DNA of 64,000 bases from Octopus sinensis. Taxonomy: Eukaryota. The DNA lies in NCBI RefSeq assembly GCF_006345805.1, contig NC_042997.1, positions 127,906,001 to 127,970,000 of the forward strand, given 5' to 3'. Each line of letters begins with the position of its first letter. Within the stretch, counting starts at the first letter, position 1. The notes beneath the pieces were generated by a model that was given only the letters and a program-made list of their open reading frames with translations, did not search any database and was not told the origin of the DNA. Both the position numbers and the translations under genes were made by a program. Below, piece by piece: positions 35,807 through 48,873 of the stretch.

Positions 35807-36895
35807 AGCGGCGAGCTGGCAGAAACGTTAGCACGCCGGATGAAATGCTAAGCAGTATTTCGTCTGTCGTTACATTCTGAGTTCAAATTCCACCGAGGTC
35901 GACTTTGCCTTTAATCCTTTTGGGGTCGATAAATTAAGTACCAGTTACGCACTAGGGTAGATGTAATCGACTTAATCCGTTTGTCTGTCCTTGTTTGTCC
36001 CCTCTGTGTTTAGCTCCTTGTGGGTAGTAAAGAAATAGGTATTTCGTCTGCCACTACGTTCTGAGTTCAAATTTCGCCGTGGTCGACTTTGCCTTTCATC
36101 CTTTCGGGGTCGATTAAATAAGTACCAGTTTCGCACTGGGGTCGATATAATCGATTTAATCCGTTTGTCTGTCCTTGTTTGTCCTCTCTGTGTTTAGCCC
36201 CTTGTGGGTAGTAAAGAAATAGGTATCTCACCTGCCGTTACGTTCTGAGTTCAAATTCCGCCGAGGTATATAATCGACTTAATCCGTTTGTCTGTCCTTG
36301 ATTGTCCCATCTGTGTGTAGCCCCTTGTAGGCAGTAAATAAATAAGAAACGTTAGTACGCCGGGCGAAATGCTTTACGTTCTGAGTTCAAATTCGGTCAG
36401 AGTCGACTTTGCCTTTCATCCTTCCAGTGTCGATAGCATAAGTACCAGTTGCGTACTGGGATCGATCCAATCGACGGTCCCCCTCCCCAAAAATTTCGGG
36501 CCTTGTGCCAAGAGTAGAAAGGAATAAATACCAGTTGAGTACTGGGGTCAATGTAATCAACTTATCCCTTCCACAAAGATTGCTGACCTTGTGCCAAAAT
36601 TTGAAATCATTATAATAAAAAGCGGTGAGTTGGCAGAATATGAGTCCTGAAGTTCGTGAAAAACAAAAGAAATACATTAATGCTTACAGTTAGGTGAGGT
36701 GGTAAAGCCGTTGGCACGCCGGGTAAAATGCTTTCGTCCGTCTCTACGTTCTAAGTTCAAATTCCGCAGAGGTCGACTTTGCCTTTCATCCTTTTGGGGT
36801 CGATCAAATAAGTACTAGTTGAGCACTGGGATCGATCTAATCGACTTACCTCTCCCCGGAACTTGCTGGCTTTGTGCCAAAATTTGAAACCGATA
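35807..36895 (+). mobile_element. Head-to-tail array of family M SINE units: one full and two truncated tail-A units, then tail-B copies
   Basis: Junctions GAAATAG|GTATTTCG (36038/9) and GAAATAG|GTATCTC (36222/3); tail-B copies at about 36346-36525 and 36690-36895. Confidence 0.9.
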
Positions 36896-37100
36896 TTAGT
36901 GTCTTCTTCAAGTTTTCAGGAAACTTGCATATTCCATATTTGATATGCTAAGCGTTTCGTATCCAAGTCTTCTATAAGGTGTGTTAGACCAGCTGTTTTA
37001 AGACTAGTATGAGAGGTTGTAAGTTAAAAAAATGCTTCCTGGGGCATTTATTGCCAATTCATTGGATGTTGTTCTCTTCACTTTGCAACACTAAGTTCAT

Positions 37101-37321
37101 ATTCTTTTATTCTTTTATTTGTTTCAGTTATTTGACTGAGGCCATGCTGGAACACCGCCTTTAGTCGAGCAAATTGACCCCAGGACTTATTCTTTGTTAA
37201 CCTAGTACTTATTCTATCGGTCTCTTTTGCCGAACCGCTAGGTTACGGGAACGTAAACACACCAGCATCGGTTGTCAAGCGATGTTGGGAGACAAACACA
37301 CACACACAAACACACACACAG

Positions 37322-37397
<76 letters not shown>

Positions 37398-37563
37398 TAT
37401 ACATATATACGACGGGCTTCTTTCAGTTTCCGTCGACCAAATCCACTCACAAGGTTTTGGTCGGCCTGAGGCTATAGTAGCAGACACTTGCCCAAGGTGC
37501 CATGCAGTAGAACTGAACCCGGAATCATGTGGTTCGTAATCAAGCTACTTACCACACAGCCAC
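37101..37563 (-). mobile_element. Composite SINE family C
   Basis: Internal (CA)n(TA)n. Confidence 0.92.
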
Positions 37564-37619
37564 TTATTTTTGTGGCAGTTATTTAGCAGGGGCTATCTTG
37601 GAGATATAATACGATATTC

Positions 37620-39800
37620 TTTCACCTTTTCTGAGGTCGGTTCCTGTCGATATCATTATTTGTCCGGAAGTTTCCAGCTGATGTCAGGATCTTGCGGGTT
37701 TTAAAACCTATGAAGTGGATTTCCTCTACAGACCAGTCAAGTATCCCAAATGCTGGAATCAATACTGGTATGACAAACGCATTTTGGGATACTGTCTTGT
37801 TGTAAGAGGAGGGTTCCAACTACGTTATTTTTCTCGGTCATAATATTCTCGGGTCACTATCCTCACAGCACCCACGTGTGATATATTTTCATCAATGCCT
37901 AGGCATTTGTAGTATTCTTTGCGTGGAATAGGTGAAATAGGGAGATCATTGATGCACAAGGTTTGGATCGAGCCTAATTTTCCATGTCCAACTATCAAAA
38001 TGCGAACATTTCTTTTCGCCAAATTCCATTCTTATGACAGCTGAAATGTTGTTAATGACTCCAGCTATATTTTTCTTTTCTTTTCTTTTTCTCTTTTTTT
38101 TTTTGCATAGAGAAAGGATTTAGCATAGAGCTTCAGGTCATTCACGAAAAAGAAGTTGGTTAGATTAATATCTCTAGCAATTGCAAACCATAACATGTAG
38201 CTATTGGATTTTTGTAAAAGAAGCAATGTCGTATTAAATACCAAAATAAACAGAACTACAGGAAGCGCACTTACTTGGAATATTCCTCTTGAAATATTTG
38301 TAACATCGGGGACGACCATTCCGCTCTCTTTTGTGTGAAGGTTGCTGCCCAGGTCTTTGTGAACCCCTCAATTGCAGCGACTAAGGTAGCATGTACTTTT
38401 TCCTGGTACAGAGATTTCAGCAATCATGTTCTGGAAATAGAGACGAAGACTTTCCTATAATCAAAACATATGTCACAAGGCTTCTGTAGTGTTTTCTTCA
38501 GACAGCAAAACTTTGGCTATCAAAAGTTTTATGTTTAGGCAAGCAATGGGCATAGTTTTCTAGTCCGGGCTATAGCAAACCGATTTGGTATATCAATCTG
38601 GCCTTCTACAGTTATTTTTAATATACATATTAGGCGTAGGAGTGGCTGTGTGGTAAGTAGCTTGCTTACCAACCACATGGTTCTGGGTTCAGTCCCACTG
38701 CGTGGCACCTTAGGCAAGTGTCTTCTACTATGGCCTCGGGCTGACCAAAGCCTTGTGAGTGGATTTTGTAGATGGAAACTGAAAGATGCCTGTCATATAT
38801 ATGTATATAAATATGTGTGTTTGTGTGTCTGTATTTGTCCCCCTAACATCGCTTGACAACTGATGCTGGTGTGTTTACGTCCCACATAACTTAGTGATTC
38901 GGCAATAGAGACCGATAGAATAAGTACTAGGCATACAAAGAATAAGTTTTGGGGTCGATTTGCTCGACTAAATGCGGTGCTCCAGCATGGCCGCAGTCAA
39001 ATGACTGAAACAAGTAAAATAGTATATTAAAGGCATTCTGTAGAAGGTCAACCTCTTATCCCAGTCTCCAACTATTAGGTATCTTCCAAGTACCGTCTCA
39101 TCATATATAATATGCCCACAGCTGTGGAGGAACTTATTGGATCGATTGTGTATGGTTTTTCTGTCGATGTTAGTACAGTAGTGTTTCCTAACTATGTTTA
39201 ACTATGATGTATTCTGTTTGAAATCTCGTTATTTATTCTAAACCTTAGACCAGAATGATTCAGGATCTTTTTGAGAAGGGGCTTTCTTAACAGTAACGTT
39301 TTTCTTTTTCATATCCCAGCACAATGCCTGTTGATTGGAAACAAATTTATAATCTATATTGGCTTGCTCGAAACTTCTATGATAACGAAGTCTTTTTTTG
39401 TTTTTTTTTTTGTTCAGCATCCTGAGTTCGTCCTCTAAAATAGTTAGCTTTTCCTCTCCTTGGCGTGAAGAATCGTCATAGAGTTCTGTTATCTTTTTAT
39501 TAAGACGCAACTGGTGCGGAGTGAACTCATTGTTTCCATAATATTTTATCATCGTGATTAACCATCCATTACGGCAGCACAAATTCTTTATGTTTTTTTT
39601 TTTCAAGTTTTGTTCTCCATTTGGATTGCATTTGTTTAGTACTTTCACTAGTACTTTGTCTAGTTATTCTTTAAGAAAGATAGTAGGAAAATGTGGCTGT
39701 TGGACGTTGGTTACCACTAGTACTTGAACTGTATCTAACCGTTGGTGTTGGGTGCTGGCTGTTATTTCTATCGTCAGAGGTCACCAGTTGTATATAAAAA
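37620..39800 (-). mobile_element. Decayed R4/Dong-like LINE (pre-RT and RT region), interrupted by a SINE
   Basis: IFQVSALPVVLFIL, FFFVNDLKLYAK, NAFVIPVLIPAFGILDW...KTRKILT; upstream RLRYHRSFEQ...ESFWSKV; boundaries approximate. Confidence 0.8.
38632..39024 (+). mobile_element. Composite SINE family C
   Basis: Head, short internal microsatellite, 3' module. Confidence 0.92.
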
Positions 39801-39949
39801 ATTATTACGAAATCTGTTGAAGTTTTAACGAACAAACTTTATTTCTAGCGGAGGGAGTTTCAATGTTATTGAAATAGTATTACAATAAATGTTGAGAGAG
39901 TTTGGATGTTATTGTACATCAAATAGTATTAGAAAAGGCAGGCACCTTT

Positions 39950-41917
39950 TCTCCAGACTGATCTGTCCTGGTTAAATATTGCTCCCGCCACCGCTTCGTA
40001 TCCTTTGACGGCGTCTTCTACACGATGGTGACATCATCCGCATATGCCGTCACTCTCCTACCGTAACATAAACCATGCGGGTCACTCCACCGTGGCCTCC
40101 AACCTCCGCAGCAGTGGCTCAAGAGCCAGCACATACAGAAGAAACCGTTCACCCGGAAGATTGAATCGATGTCGCTACACCTAGCATTGATCCATCCACG
40201 GAAAGTCGGGCCCAGTTCGATCGCCGCCAGATACCGATGGTCAACCCTATCGAATACCTTAGACTGTTCTAAATCCACCAGTGCTTCACCTTTGCCAGAA
40301 ATTTTAACCACCCGCTCTATAGTGTAGCGTATGAGGTCGCCCACGACAAGTCTCATTCTCTTGGCTAACACCTGTGTTTAGCAGAGTTATGGGTCTAAAG
40401 TTATTAATGTCATTCTCCTTGCTCGGGTCCTTCCTGATCAGTGTCACTACTCACCGACTCACAAATTTGGGAATTCTCCCGTTCTGCTGCCAGTTCGCGT
40501 ATACACCGGCCAGTATGTTTCCGAACAAGTTTGGCATACTTTTATAAAATTCGTAAGGAAGACCATCCAGTCCCGGCGACTTGTCCCTGGGGCACTCGGA
40601 AAGCATCTCTATGACCTCCGCAGCTGTGATCGGCTCTTCATAGCGCTCTGCTTCACGTGCCGAGAGATACGGTCCGCCGGCCAGAAAATCCCGAAGGGCA
40701 TCCCCATGGTCCAGCACCCCGCCCTCCCGAACAACGCAGCGAAATGCTCCTGAAAGGCCTTACACATCTCTTCCTGTCCGTCGATCTCCTGTCCTTGTTC
40801 ATTTACCACAGACCTTATCGTAGCATCTATGCCACGTTGGGTTTCTATCGAGCGAGCCCACCCGGTAACGATGATACCCTCGCGACCCAGTGTACGTACT
40901 TTAGCCCGGACCCTGCAACCTTCGTGTTTGGGATTGAGGTGTCGGTCCAAGGCCGATCTCGCCGCCAAAACTTGGGATACAGAGCCCACTCTCAACGCTT
41001 CTTCTAATGCCTTAACTAGAGACCCTTCTACTCTAGCCTGTTCTAGACTTACCTGTTTGCTAAATCTAATAGACTCAAGTCGAATGGCTCTTTTGAGGCC
41101 TACCCACTACCGGTTATTCAACACGGTACCAGTGAGTACCCTCAAGACTAACTCCTTAATCTGGTTACGGTATGTTTCGCAAGCCAATAGGGTCTTGTTC
41201 AACTTCCGGTAACCAGATCCCTGTCTATGGACTTTATCTATATGTACCCTACACGTCACTAATTTGTGATCCGTATAGGGTATATAAGCAAAGTGTAGAT
41301 AGCTAAAGGAAGATCTGTCTCTGGTATTCACTACTATTCTGCCTATATAAGACCTGCGACATCCAGGTCCACATTGGAACACTCAGATTCTCGAGTCTGA
41401 ATCGATCCGCCAGCCTAAATCACTTCAGCAGATCGATGATGCGTGAGTTACTTTTCCTATCGGTGGTGCCAACGTTGTCCAGAACAACGTTAAAGTCTTC
41501 TAACATTACTATCGTCCTTGGCTTCACAAGAAAATCCTCCAGGCGTCGATAGAACTCATTCCGTTTGCCCGTTGTGCAAGGCGCGTAAATACCTATCAAC
41601 CTGAAGTTCATACCACTGATAGTCAGATCCAGAACGATCGAATCACCTTCTGGGTCTACAAAGACTGCGCGTGTCTGCAGAGCCAAGCTTTTTCGGATCA
41701 AAACCACAACGCCACCCCCTCCCTCTGGCTGACTAGGGGTTATGATTTTCTCATAGTCTTTCAGGAGATTTGAGAAGGCCTGCAGCTTGTCCAACTTGGT
41801 CTCTGTAGCAACCATAATATCAATTTTATGTGACCTGAGGTCATCGAGGAAACAGGCTTGCTTCCACTTCAAACTCAGGCCACGCACATTTAGACAACCT
41901 ACACGTAGCGTAGCCAT
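39950..41917 (-). pseudogene. ORF2 (APE endonuclease and RT) of an L1/Tx1-clade LINE, disrupted and 3'-truncated
   Basis: MATLRVGCLNVRGL...VATETKL; LIGIYAP; LEDFNVVL; KSPGLDGLPYEFYK; LEQSKVFDRVDH; AYADDVTIV. Confidence 0.93.
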
Positions 41918-41953
41918 GACAAAAACGGGAAAAGAAGGAAATCTACTTACATT

Positions 41954-43196
41954 TTAGTCTAGGGGGATCATTCTCAGCACTGGTGCGGCTGGGATTTCCC
42001 CATTTATTTCTTCCATAGGCGGTTCTTCCGGCGGGTCGAACACTTTTGGTAAGCCTTTTAGCTCGATAATTTCTTTAGGAAATCTGTTCTTGAAGTCCTT
42101 ATAAAGTTCTTTAGGTATCTTTGCAATACTGTTCGGATTTTTACTGTTATTCGTTAGGTATATTTTTCTTTGTAAGTGGGGTTTAATTACCCCCATCATT
42201 GAGTTATTGGTGTTCTTGAATACCACTGTGGTCATTTCCTTTTTGGACTTAGGTTTGTCTCTTTTTTATCGTCATAAATGATTTCCATTTTTGTTGTATT
42301 TCTTCCTCCTGGTTACTCCTTTTTTTTTTCTTTTGGTTTTCGGAGCCGCCTTATTAGTAAGCAACTCCACTGCTTTCTTTCGCCTTTTTCGCGACACCGT
42401 CTCGAATTCCATTCCTTCTACTGACAGTGTCGCTTCGACTGATTTTTCGATTTGTTCTGATTCAATGGCAGCCCTATGCGTAACAGCCTTCGTGGCTGAG
42501 GGCGCCTCCTCTTCTACATTTTCGTCCTGTTCCTTCTCCTGTGCTTTTTTCTGTTGGGGGCCATTCGACCTCAAGGTGCCCCATTTTTCCGCATTTTTCA
42601 GCTAGTATGGTGTCTTCGCCAATGCATATCTTTTCTGGTAATTTTTCCAGGTCGATTGTTGTTGCCTGGGCCATGATCTCCAGAGTTTGCCTTCGCCAGT
42701 TTCGTGGGGCGTGTCTGGAGATTTGTATTATATTTATTTTCTCCTCTCTCCCGTATAGTAAGGTGGCAATTATCCACGCAATCTCAATCTCCGGCGGGAT
42801 ATTTTTAATCTTAATCCGGGACGTTCTACGTCCCAGATATAGTGGTAACAACATAATGCTACCACTTTGCAAGGTTCGAGTTGATAATTCTTTTGCCTTC
42901 TCGGCTGACTCAAATCTCGCTTCCATAGTCGCAAATTTAGTACCTCGGGTCAGGTATTTTATCTGGCCTAACACTGGCCTTCGAAGTATTCAAATTTCTT
43001 TTTCTCACAGTTGTATGTTTTATAAATAATTGTGCTTTCCTTTGTGTAATTTAAAATCTCGCTGGGGGGCGTAATTCACACCATTTTCTCACTGTATTAT
43101 CACGTACAAGGCCTGTATTTCTTCATTTTTGAAGGTTATATTTTCTTTTCCTCCCACAGCGGATGCGAAATTTCTTACTTCTTCAACTGAAGACAT
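41954..43196 (-). pseudogene. ORF1 of the same L1/Tx1-clade LINE, disrupted
   Basis: Starts MSSVEEVRNFASAVGG; RRM-like RIKIKNIPPEI; decayed knuckle KCGKMGHLEVEWP; Lys-rich C-terminal part; stops just before the ORF2 ATG; 5' UTR to about 43490. Confidence 0.8.
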
Positions 43197-44382
43197 TTTC
43201 ACTCTTTAAAAAAAAAAACACACACACACACAATAACAATGGCAAGGCTCGTTCCAAATGGAACACAGCTCGTAAATAATATAAACAACTCCTTCCCCCG
43301 TTGGGGAGGCTAACCATTTCACAAAGAAATTCACACAATAACAGTTCAACAATGTTTCCCTTATGGGAAACCCCAACAACAAATATAAATAATTCCTGTT
43401 AGCAGGCAACAACAGCAAAATTTTTAACAGACCTTTCAATAATAAAACGCACTCCCAGCCAATAACTAGTTCGAACAAAAAGCTTTCACTAATTTCTTTT
43501 ATTCGGCACACAGGCCATGACACAGAGAGGACAACACAAGGGCATAGCAAAAACATTTAGGGGCTGGGGTTATACCTCAATTAAAATATCGAATATAATG
43601 AAATCGGATGAAAAGCTAGCTCTCATTGGGTTTGGTAATCGCGTGTGTTGATTTTATACTGATCGAGAGGCTCAGAAAGGAAGACTCCATAACTGATATT
43701 AGACACGAAGTCGTGATTGGCCAGTTCCCGTTGATCGCGAGAGCAATATTCTTTCCTGGCGAAGTCGCGATAGGGCAGATTCGCAACATTTCGATGCAGA
43801 ATATTACAATAACATTGAATTAGTCCATATGCTCTCTGGCAACATCGTCGATAACTTTCAACATGAGAGCTGTTGGCTTTTTCTTTACTTTTTTGGGTCT
43901 GTCGGTTTAACGACACTTTAAAAATAATAATAAAAGTTTTTTTACGAACTGTGGTTTCAGCTTAGTTGAATATATTCCTCGCTCATCTCTGTCAAATCAG
44001 TTCTATGTGAAGATATATGAGAATTAAGTGATGGCAGTAGCGATTTATTTACATAATTTTCGATTTCTTTTATGGTAGATTTTTGGTCGGTTCTGTCTTT
44101 TGAAAATATCGATTAGCATCACTTTAGCTGGAATAACAAGTACCATCTGAGACAGACGCTTATTTTGCAAAGAAATATGCTTGTTGTCGAAGCTTTTTTT
44201 GGTCGCAATATAGTTTACGTTTGAACGAGTTTTGTCCCATCTGTTGTCATTTTTTTTAACCACTTCATATAATCGATAGAAAGGTCAGCTCGGACTTTTT
44301 CATTGCATCGAAGTAGATCTTGATTTAAATATAAAGACCAAGTGAAGTGAGAAGAGTACTCGCGCTGTCTTAAATAACTTAC

Positions 44383-44442
44383 AGGTGTTATAGTACTACT
44401 TGTGTTGGCACCGGTGTAGGTGTTGCAATCACTGTCAGCCAT
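44383..44442 (-). CDS. Candidate initial coding exon of an unidentified gene (MADSDCNTYTGANTSSTITP)
   Basis: Good Kozak context ATCATGG, 20 codons, perfect phase-0 donor |GTAAGT, upstream TTTCGCTTTACAAG acceptor-like site; unique sequence. Confidence 0.3.
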
Positions 44443-44689
44443 GATCTTGTAAAGCGAAATTTTACGTGGTGTCAGATATATTTTGTAATTTGGTCTGAAT
44501 AACACTTAAGTTCATAAGTAAAAAGTGTTTCTCTTATTTCTGATTGAAGAAATAAACCAGTTACTAGTTTAACCCTATGGAATCGGCTTAATTGTAGAAG
44601 AAAACGTTCAAAATTACATTTTTTTAACGGTTCTCTCCTCTATGCCTACACGTCTGATGTTGATGGTGCCGTTTATGTATGTATGTATG

Positions 44690-45245
44690 TATGTATGATG
44701 TATGTATGTATGTATTATGTATGTATGGATGTATGTATGTCATCGTTCAGTTTCATTTCAAGATTTCTTGCCAATAGAGGTAAGAGCTGGTTTCTAATCT
44801 ACATCCAATCTTCATTGGAATTTAAACATCAACAACAGGATATTTTTGTTTGTATGTATGTATGTATGTATGTATGTATGTATGTATGTATGTATGTATG
44901 TCTATGCAGGTTTGTATGTTTTTATAAATGTATTCTCATGCATATAGTTGCATATCTAGACATGGTCATATATATTTAAATGATAAACTTCTGGAAAGTT
45001 TTACAGATTTTTACAGTTCCAATGATGAATTGGATGTGTAGCCTTCAAGTTAGCTTTCTCCTTTCTGGTTTTGAGAAGCCTAATTTCTCAAGACTGGCAT
45101 TTAGGCAGTGTGTTACATATCCAAGGGCCTCAATAATTACAGGTATAAACCTGAACTTGTAACCTGTGTAGAGTAACTGCATATTTCTCAATAGTTCAGC
45201 ATAGGTGTTCTGTATTTCACTGATCTTCAGCTTTATGTATGTATG
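44690..45245 (-). mobile_element. 3' end of an RLE-type LINE with (ATAC)n tail
   Basis: YAELLRNMQLLYTGYKFRFIPVIIEALGYV...IIGTVKICKTF; 3' UTR followed by (ATAC)n. Confidence 0.8.
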
Positions 45246-45746
45246 AAGAGAGCAAGATGGAAGAAGTTGGCAAGAGAGGAGGGGGGGGGCGATCGATATA
45301 GAAAAAAGGAGAATAGTAAAGATACATAGAAGGGGAAACAATATAGAGATAAGGTAATGAAGTTGTCATACTGAGAGGAGAATTAGGAGTAAGTTTAATG
45401 GGAGAGGGAGAGCCAAAACCTCAGAAAGATTGTAGGGACAGATAATTGAAACCGATAATTAGTGAACATGGCTAGGAAGCTTTCATATCAAATAGAATCA
45501 AAGAATTTGCTAATGTCAAGGGCAAAGATTGCGTTCCATGTGCTTCCAAAAGAAATGAAATTCAGTAACTGACGATATAGTAGAGTAAAACTAATATATC
45601 TGACTCCAACAAAACTGCACTGAGGGTTACGAAAACAACAAAGGAAGCTTGAGATTATTAAAGAGGGGTTTCTTTTATGAGAGTTTCTATCACATCTGAG
45701 ATGTATGAAATAAAGGCCTGTAGTTGACATAGAATAACAATAACAA

Positions 45747-46013
45747 TACTCTTTTACTTGTTTCAGTCATTTGACTGTGGCCATGCTGGAGCACTGCCTT
45801 TAGTCGAGCAAATCGACCCCAGGACTTATTCTTTGTAAGCCTAGTACTTATTCTATAAATCTATTTTGCCGAACCACTAAGCTACGGAGACGTAAACGCA
45901 CCAGCATCGGTTGTCAAGCGATGTTGGGGGACAAACACAGACACACAAACATATACACACACATACATATATATATTGATTGTATACTATAATATATATA
46001 TTATATAATATAT

Positions 46014-46084
<71 letters not shown>

Positions 46085-46231
46085 TATATATACATACATA
46101 TATTCGACGGGCTTCTTTCAGTTTCTGTCTACCAAATCCACTCGCAAGGCTTTGGTCGGCCCGAGGCTATAGTAGAAGACACTTGACTGAACCCGGAACC
46201 ATGTGGTTTGTAAGCAAGCTACTTACCACAG
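45747..46231 (-). mobile_element. Composite SINE family C
   Basis: Long internal (TA)n. Confidence 0.9.
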
Positions 46232-46660
46232 ATCCATCATTAAAGGTTCCAACAATAATAGCCTATCAATGAGTTTATTAATGTAGGTCTAATGCTGTGG
46301 TTCTCAACCATTTTTTTTTTCATTAATGGACCTGTTTGATGCTTAGCCAATTCAATGTCTAAAAAATCTCGTCATATTTTTATCATTGAATATTATTAGG
46401 AATTGTATTAAATAAAATTGTTAAACTGTTTGATGTATTGTAAAAGTATAAGCAATTTATTACTGAAAAAGTTTAACAAAAATCCTTATAAGAAACCTCA
46501 AGGGCCATATGGACCCTGGTTGAGAACTACTGGTGTAATGATATAAATTGTTCATGTTGGCCTCTGACTTGTTATGGTTTATAAGTATAGCTTAACACTG
46601 CAGGCTGTCAGTCTCAAATACATTTCCTATACTTTGAGTGAGAGTGGTATTAGTTTGAGA

Positions 46661-47078
46661 CAAGGCAGCGAGCTGGCAGAAACGTTAGCATGCCGGGCGA
46701 AATGCTTAGCAGTATTTCGTCTGCCGTTACGTTCTGAGTTCAAATTCCACCGAGGTCGACTTTGCCTTTCATCCTTTGGGGGTTGATAAATTAAGTACCA
46801 GTTACGCACTGAGATCGATATAATCGACTTAATCCGTTTGTCTATCCTTGTTTGTCTCCTCTGTGTTTAGCCCCTTGTGGGTACTAAAGAAATAGGTAGT
46901 TCGTCTGTGGCTACGTTCTGAGTTCAAATTCCACCGATGTCGACTTTGCCTTTCATCCTTTCGGGGTCGATAAATTAAGTACCAGTTACGCACTGGGGTC
47001 GATATAATTGACTTAATCCGTTTGTCTGTCCTTGTTTGTCCTCTCTGTGTTTAGCCTCTTGTGGGTAGTAAAGAAAAA
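46661..47078 (+). mobile_element. SINE family M dimer (full unit plus 5'-truncated unit) inside one 15-bp TSD
   Basis: Junction GAAATAG|GTAGTTCG at 46895/6; GGTATTAGTTTGAGA at 46646-46660 and 47079-47093. Confidence 0.92.
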
Positions 47079-47607
47079 GGTATTAGTTTGAGAGAGAAGA
47101 TTTGTTAGAGTGAGTGTGAGTGGAATGTCACAAGTGAATCACTCACTTTCAGTTATTGTTGGTTCAGTTTTAATGATAAACTAATACCTGGTTGAGTAGA
47201 AAGCATTACTCATTACTTTGAGCGGATGCAGCTAGATGTAGTTGGTGTTTGGATATATTTTGTTTTTCATGGAGCTTTGGTATGACCAGTATAAATGAAT
47301 GCAATTTGGTAGCTGGAAACACTGCAAAAGACCATTATATGTATGTGGGAATTGTCTAACTATATAGTATGTGTGTGTGTGTATGTATTAACATGTATGT
47401 GTCTATATGTGCTTGTATGTAGGTGAGTGTCCCTCTAATTCATGCCAGCTTGGAAGGAAGGAAGTAAAACAAACCAATAATACTGATATAGAATATCACC
47501 CATTTTGGAAAATTTTCCATGAAGTTATTACAAAATTAATGAGATTTATTACCTTGACTATAAAGTTTACTCTAAACCACTGCATACCACTGTATGCATT
47601 GTACGTG

Positions 47608-47638
<31 letters not shown>

Positions 47639-48873
47639 TGTGTGTGTGTGTGTGTGTGAGCACCTGAATGTCCATGTGTATCTTTCACCAGTGTACATCA
47701 CCATGAAAAAGAAACCAAATCCTTGAAGATAATTTTCCTGCAACAAGGTACAGATACTCTCCTGATTCTCCTTACTTGCCATCAGAAATACACTGAAGTA
47801 GTGATTGGTCCTTTAGGAACCTTTAACCAGCGACGTTATTGTTCACGAATTGTGCTATAAAATAAATAATATAAAATAAGTGAAAATATCGACAGGAATA
47901 TCAACAGAGCAACTTCCCTCCTAACTCTTCTAGTAAATAAAGTGGAATACCTGTCAGGGGACATTGTGAAATAAAGGGATTTCACGCATCACTGGATACA
48001 CACCGTAAAATTTATGTAACCATGGCAAATGAATATTATGATTATGATAGCATGGGAAATTTAATTAAGGATAATGACTGTTACAATGTGGAGAGATGGA
48101 AATAGTGATGCAGACAATGATGCAAACGATCATCATCTTTATGTTAATGAGATGATGATGACAATAAAAATGATGACGGCGATGGTGGTGGTGGTGAAGC
48201 GGAGGAGAGGGAGGAGTTGGAGGGGTATGGTAATAATTGTAATTATCATAATAATGATGTCGATGTTTGCGATGATAAGGTTGACAAGGAAAGGGTTTGA
48301 ATAAATGAATAAAATTAGTTAATTAATTTCCAGTGACCATGTGACCACAAGCTCCCATGCCACTGGTCTCCAGCAGCATAGAGAGCCTCCATAAAGTAAA
48401 CTACTGGAATTGTCTGTCAGTCTTCTCTCTTCTATATAAACCATGTGATGTCCATCTTCAAGCCAGTTAGCACATGTCAACACAGCATTAGATAAATAAT
48501 AAGGGATGAAATAACCAATCACAGAAGATCCCATCAGGTGGAGGTTATAAGGGTCAGCGTTGATGTTGTTGCTGCTGTTGCTGGTGAAGTTGTTGTTGTT
48601 GTCTGCTCTATATGATCAAACCTAGGTTAATAAACTGAAGGTCAAACTAATATAAATTTATAGACAAAATTAGTAATGATGATGATGACGGTGGTGATGG
48701 TGGTAGTACTTGTACTGGTGCTGCTGCTGGTGGAAGTGGTTGTTGTTGTTGTTGTAGAAATATATGAATATTTTTATACAGGTATGAATATAAGGAAATG
48801 TACAAGGGGCATTTCAGAAGTTTTGAGACATTTTCAAGGGAGACATTTATTAATAACAAAGAAGTAAACAACT

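Noticed and set aside
36032-36045. Back-splicing as the origin of the SINE multimer junction
   Set aside because: Using the available AG and GT sites would give GAAATAG-TATTTCG, one G short of the observed junction
47655-47782. Minus-strand ORF MASKENQESICTLLQENYLQGFGFFFMVMYTGERYTWTFR as an exon
   Set aside because: Weak donor (GTGCTC), runs into a (CA)n tract, no recognisable homology
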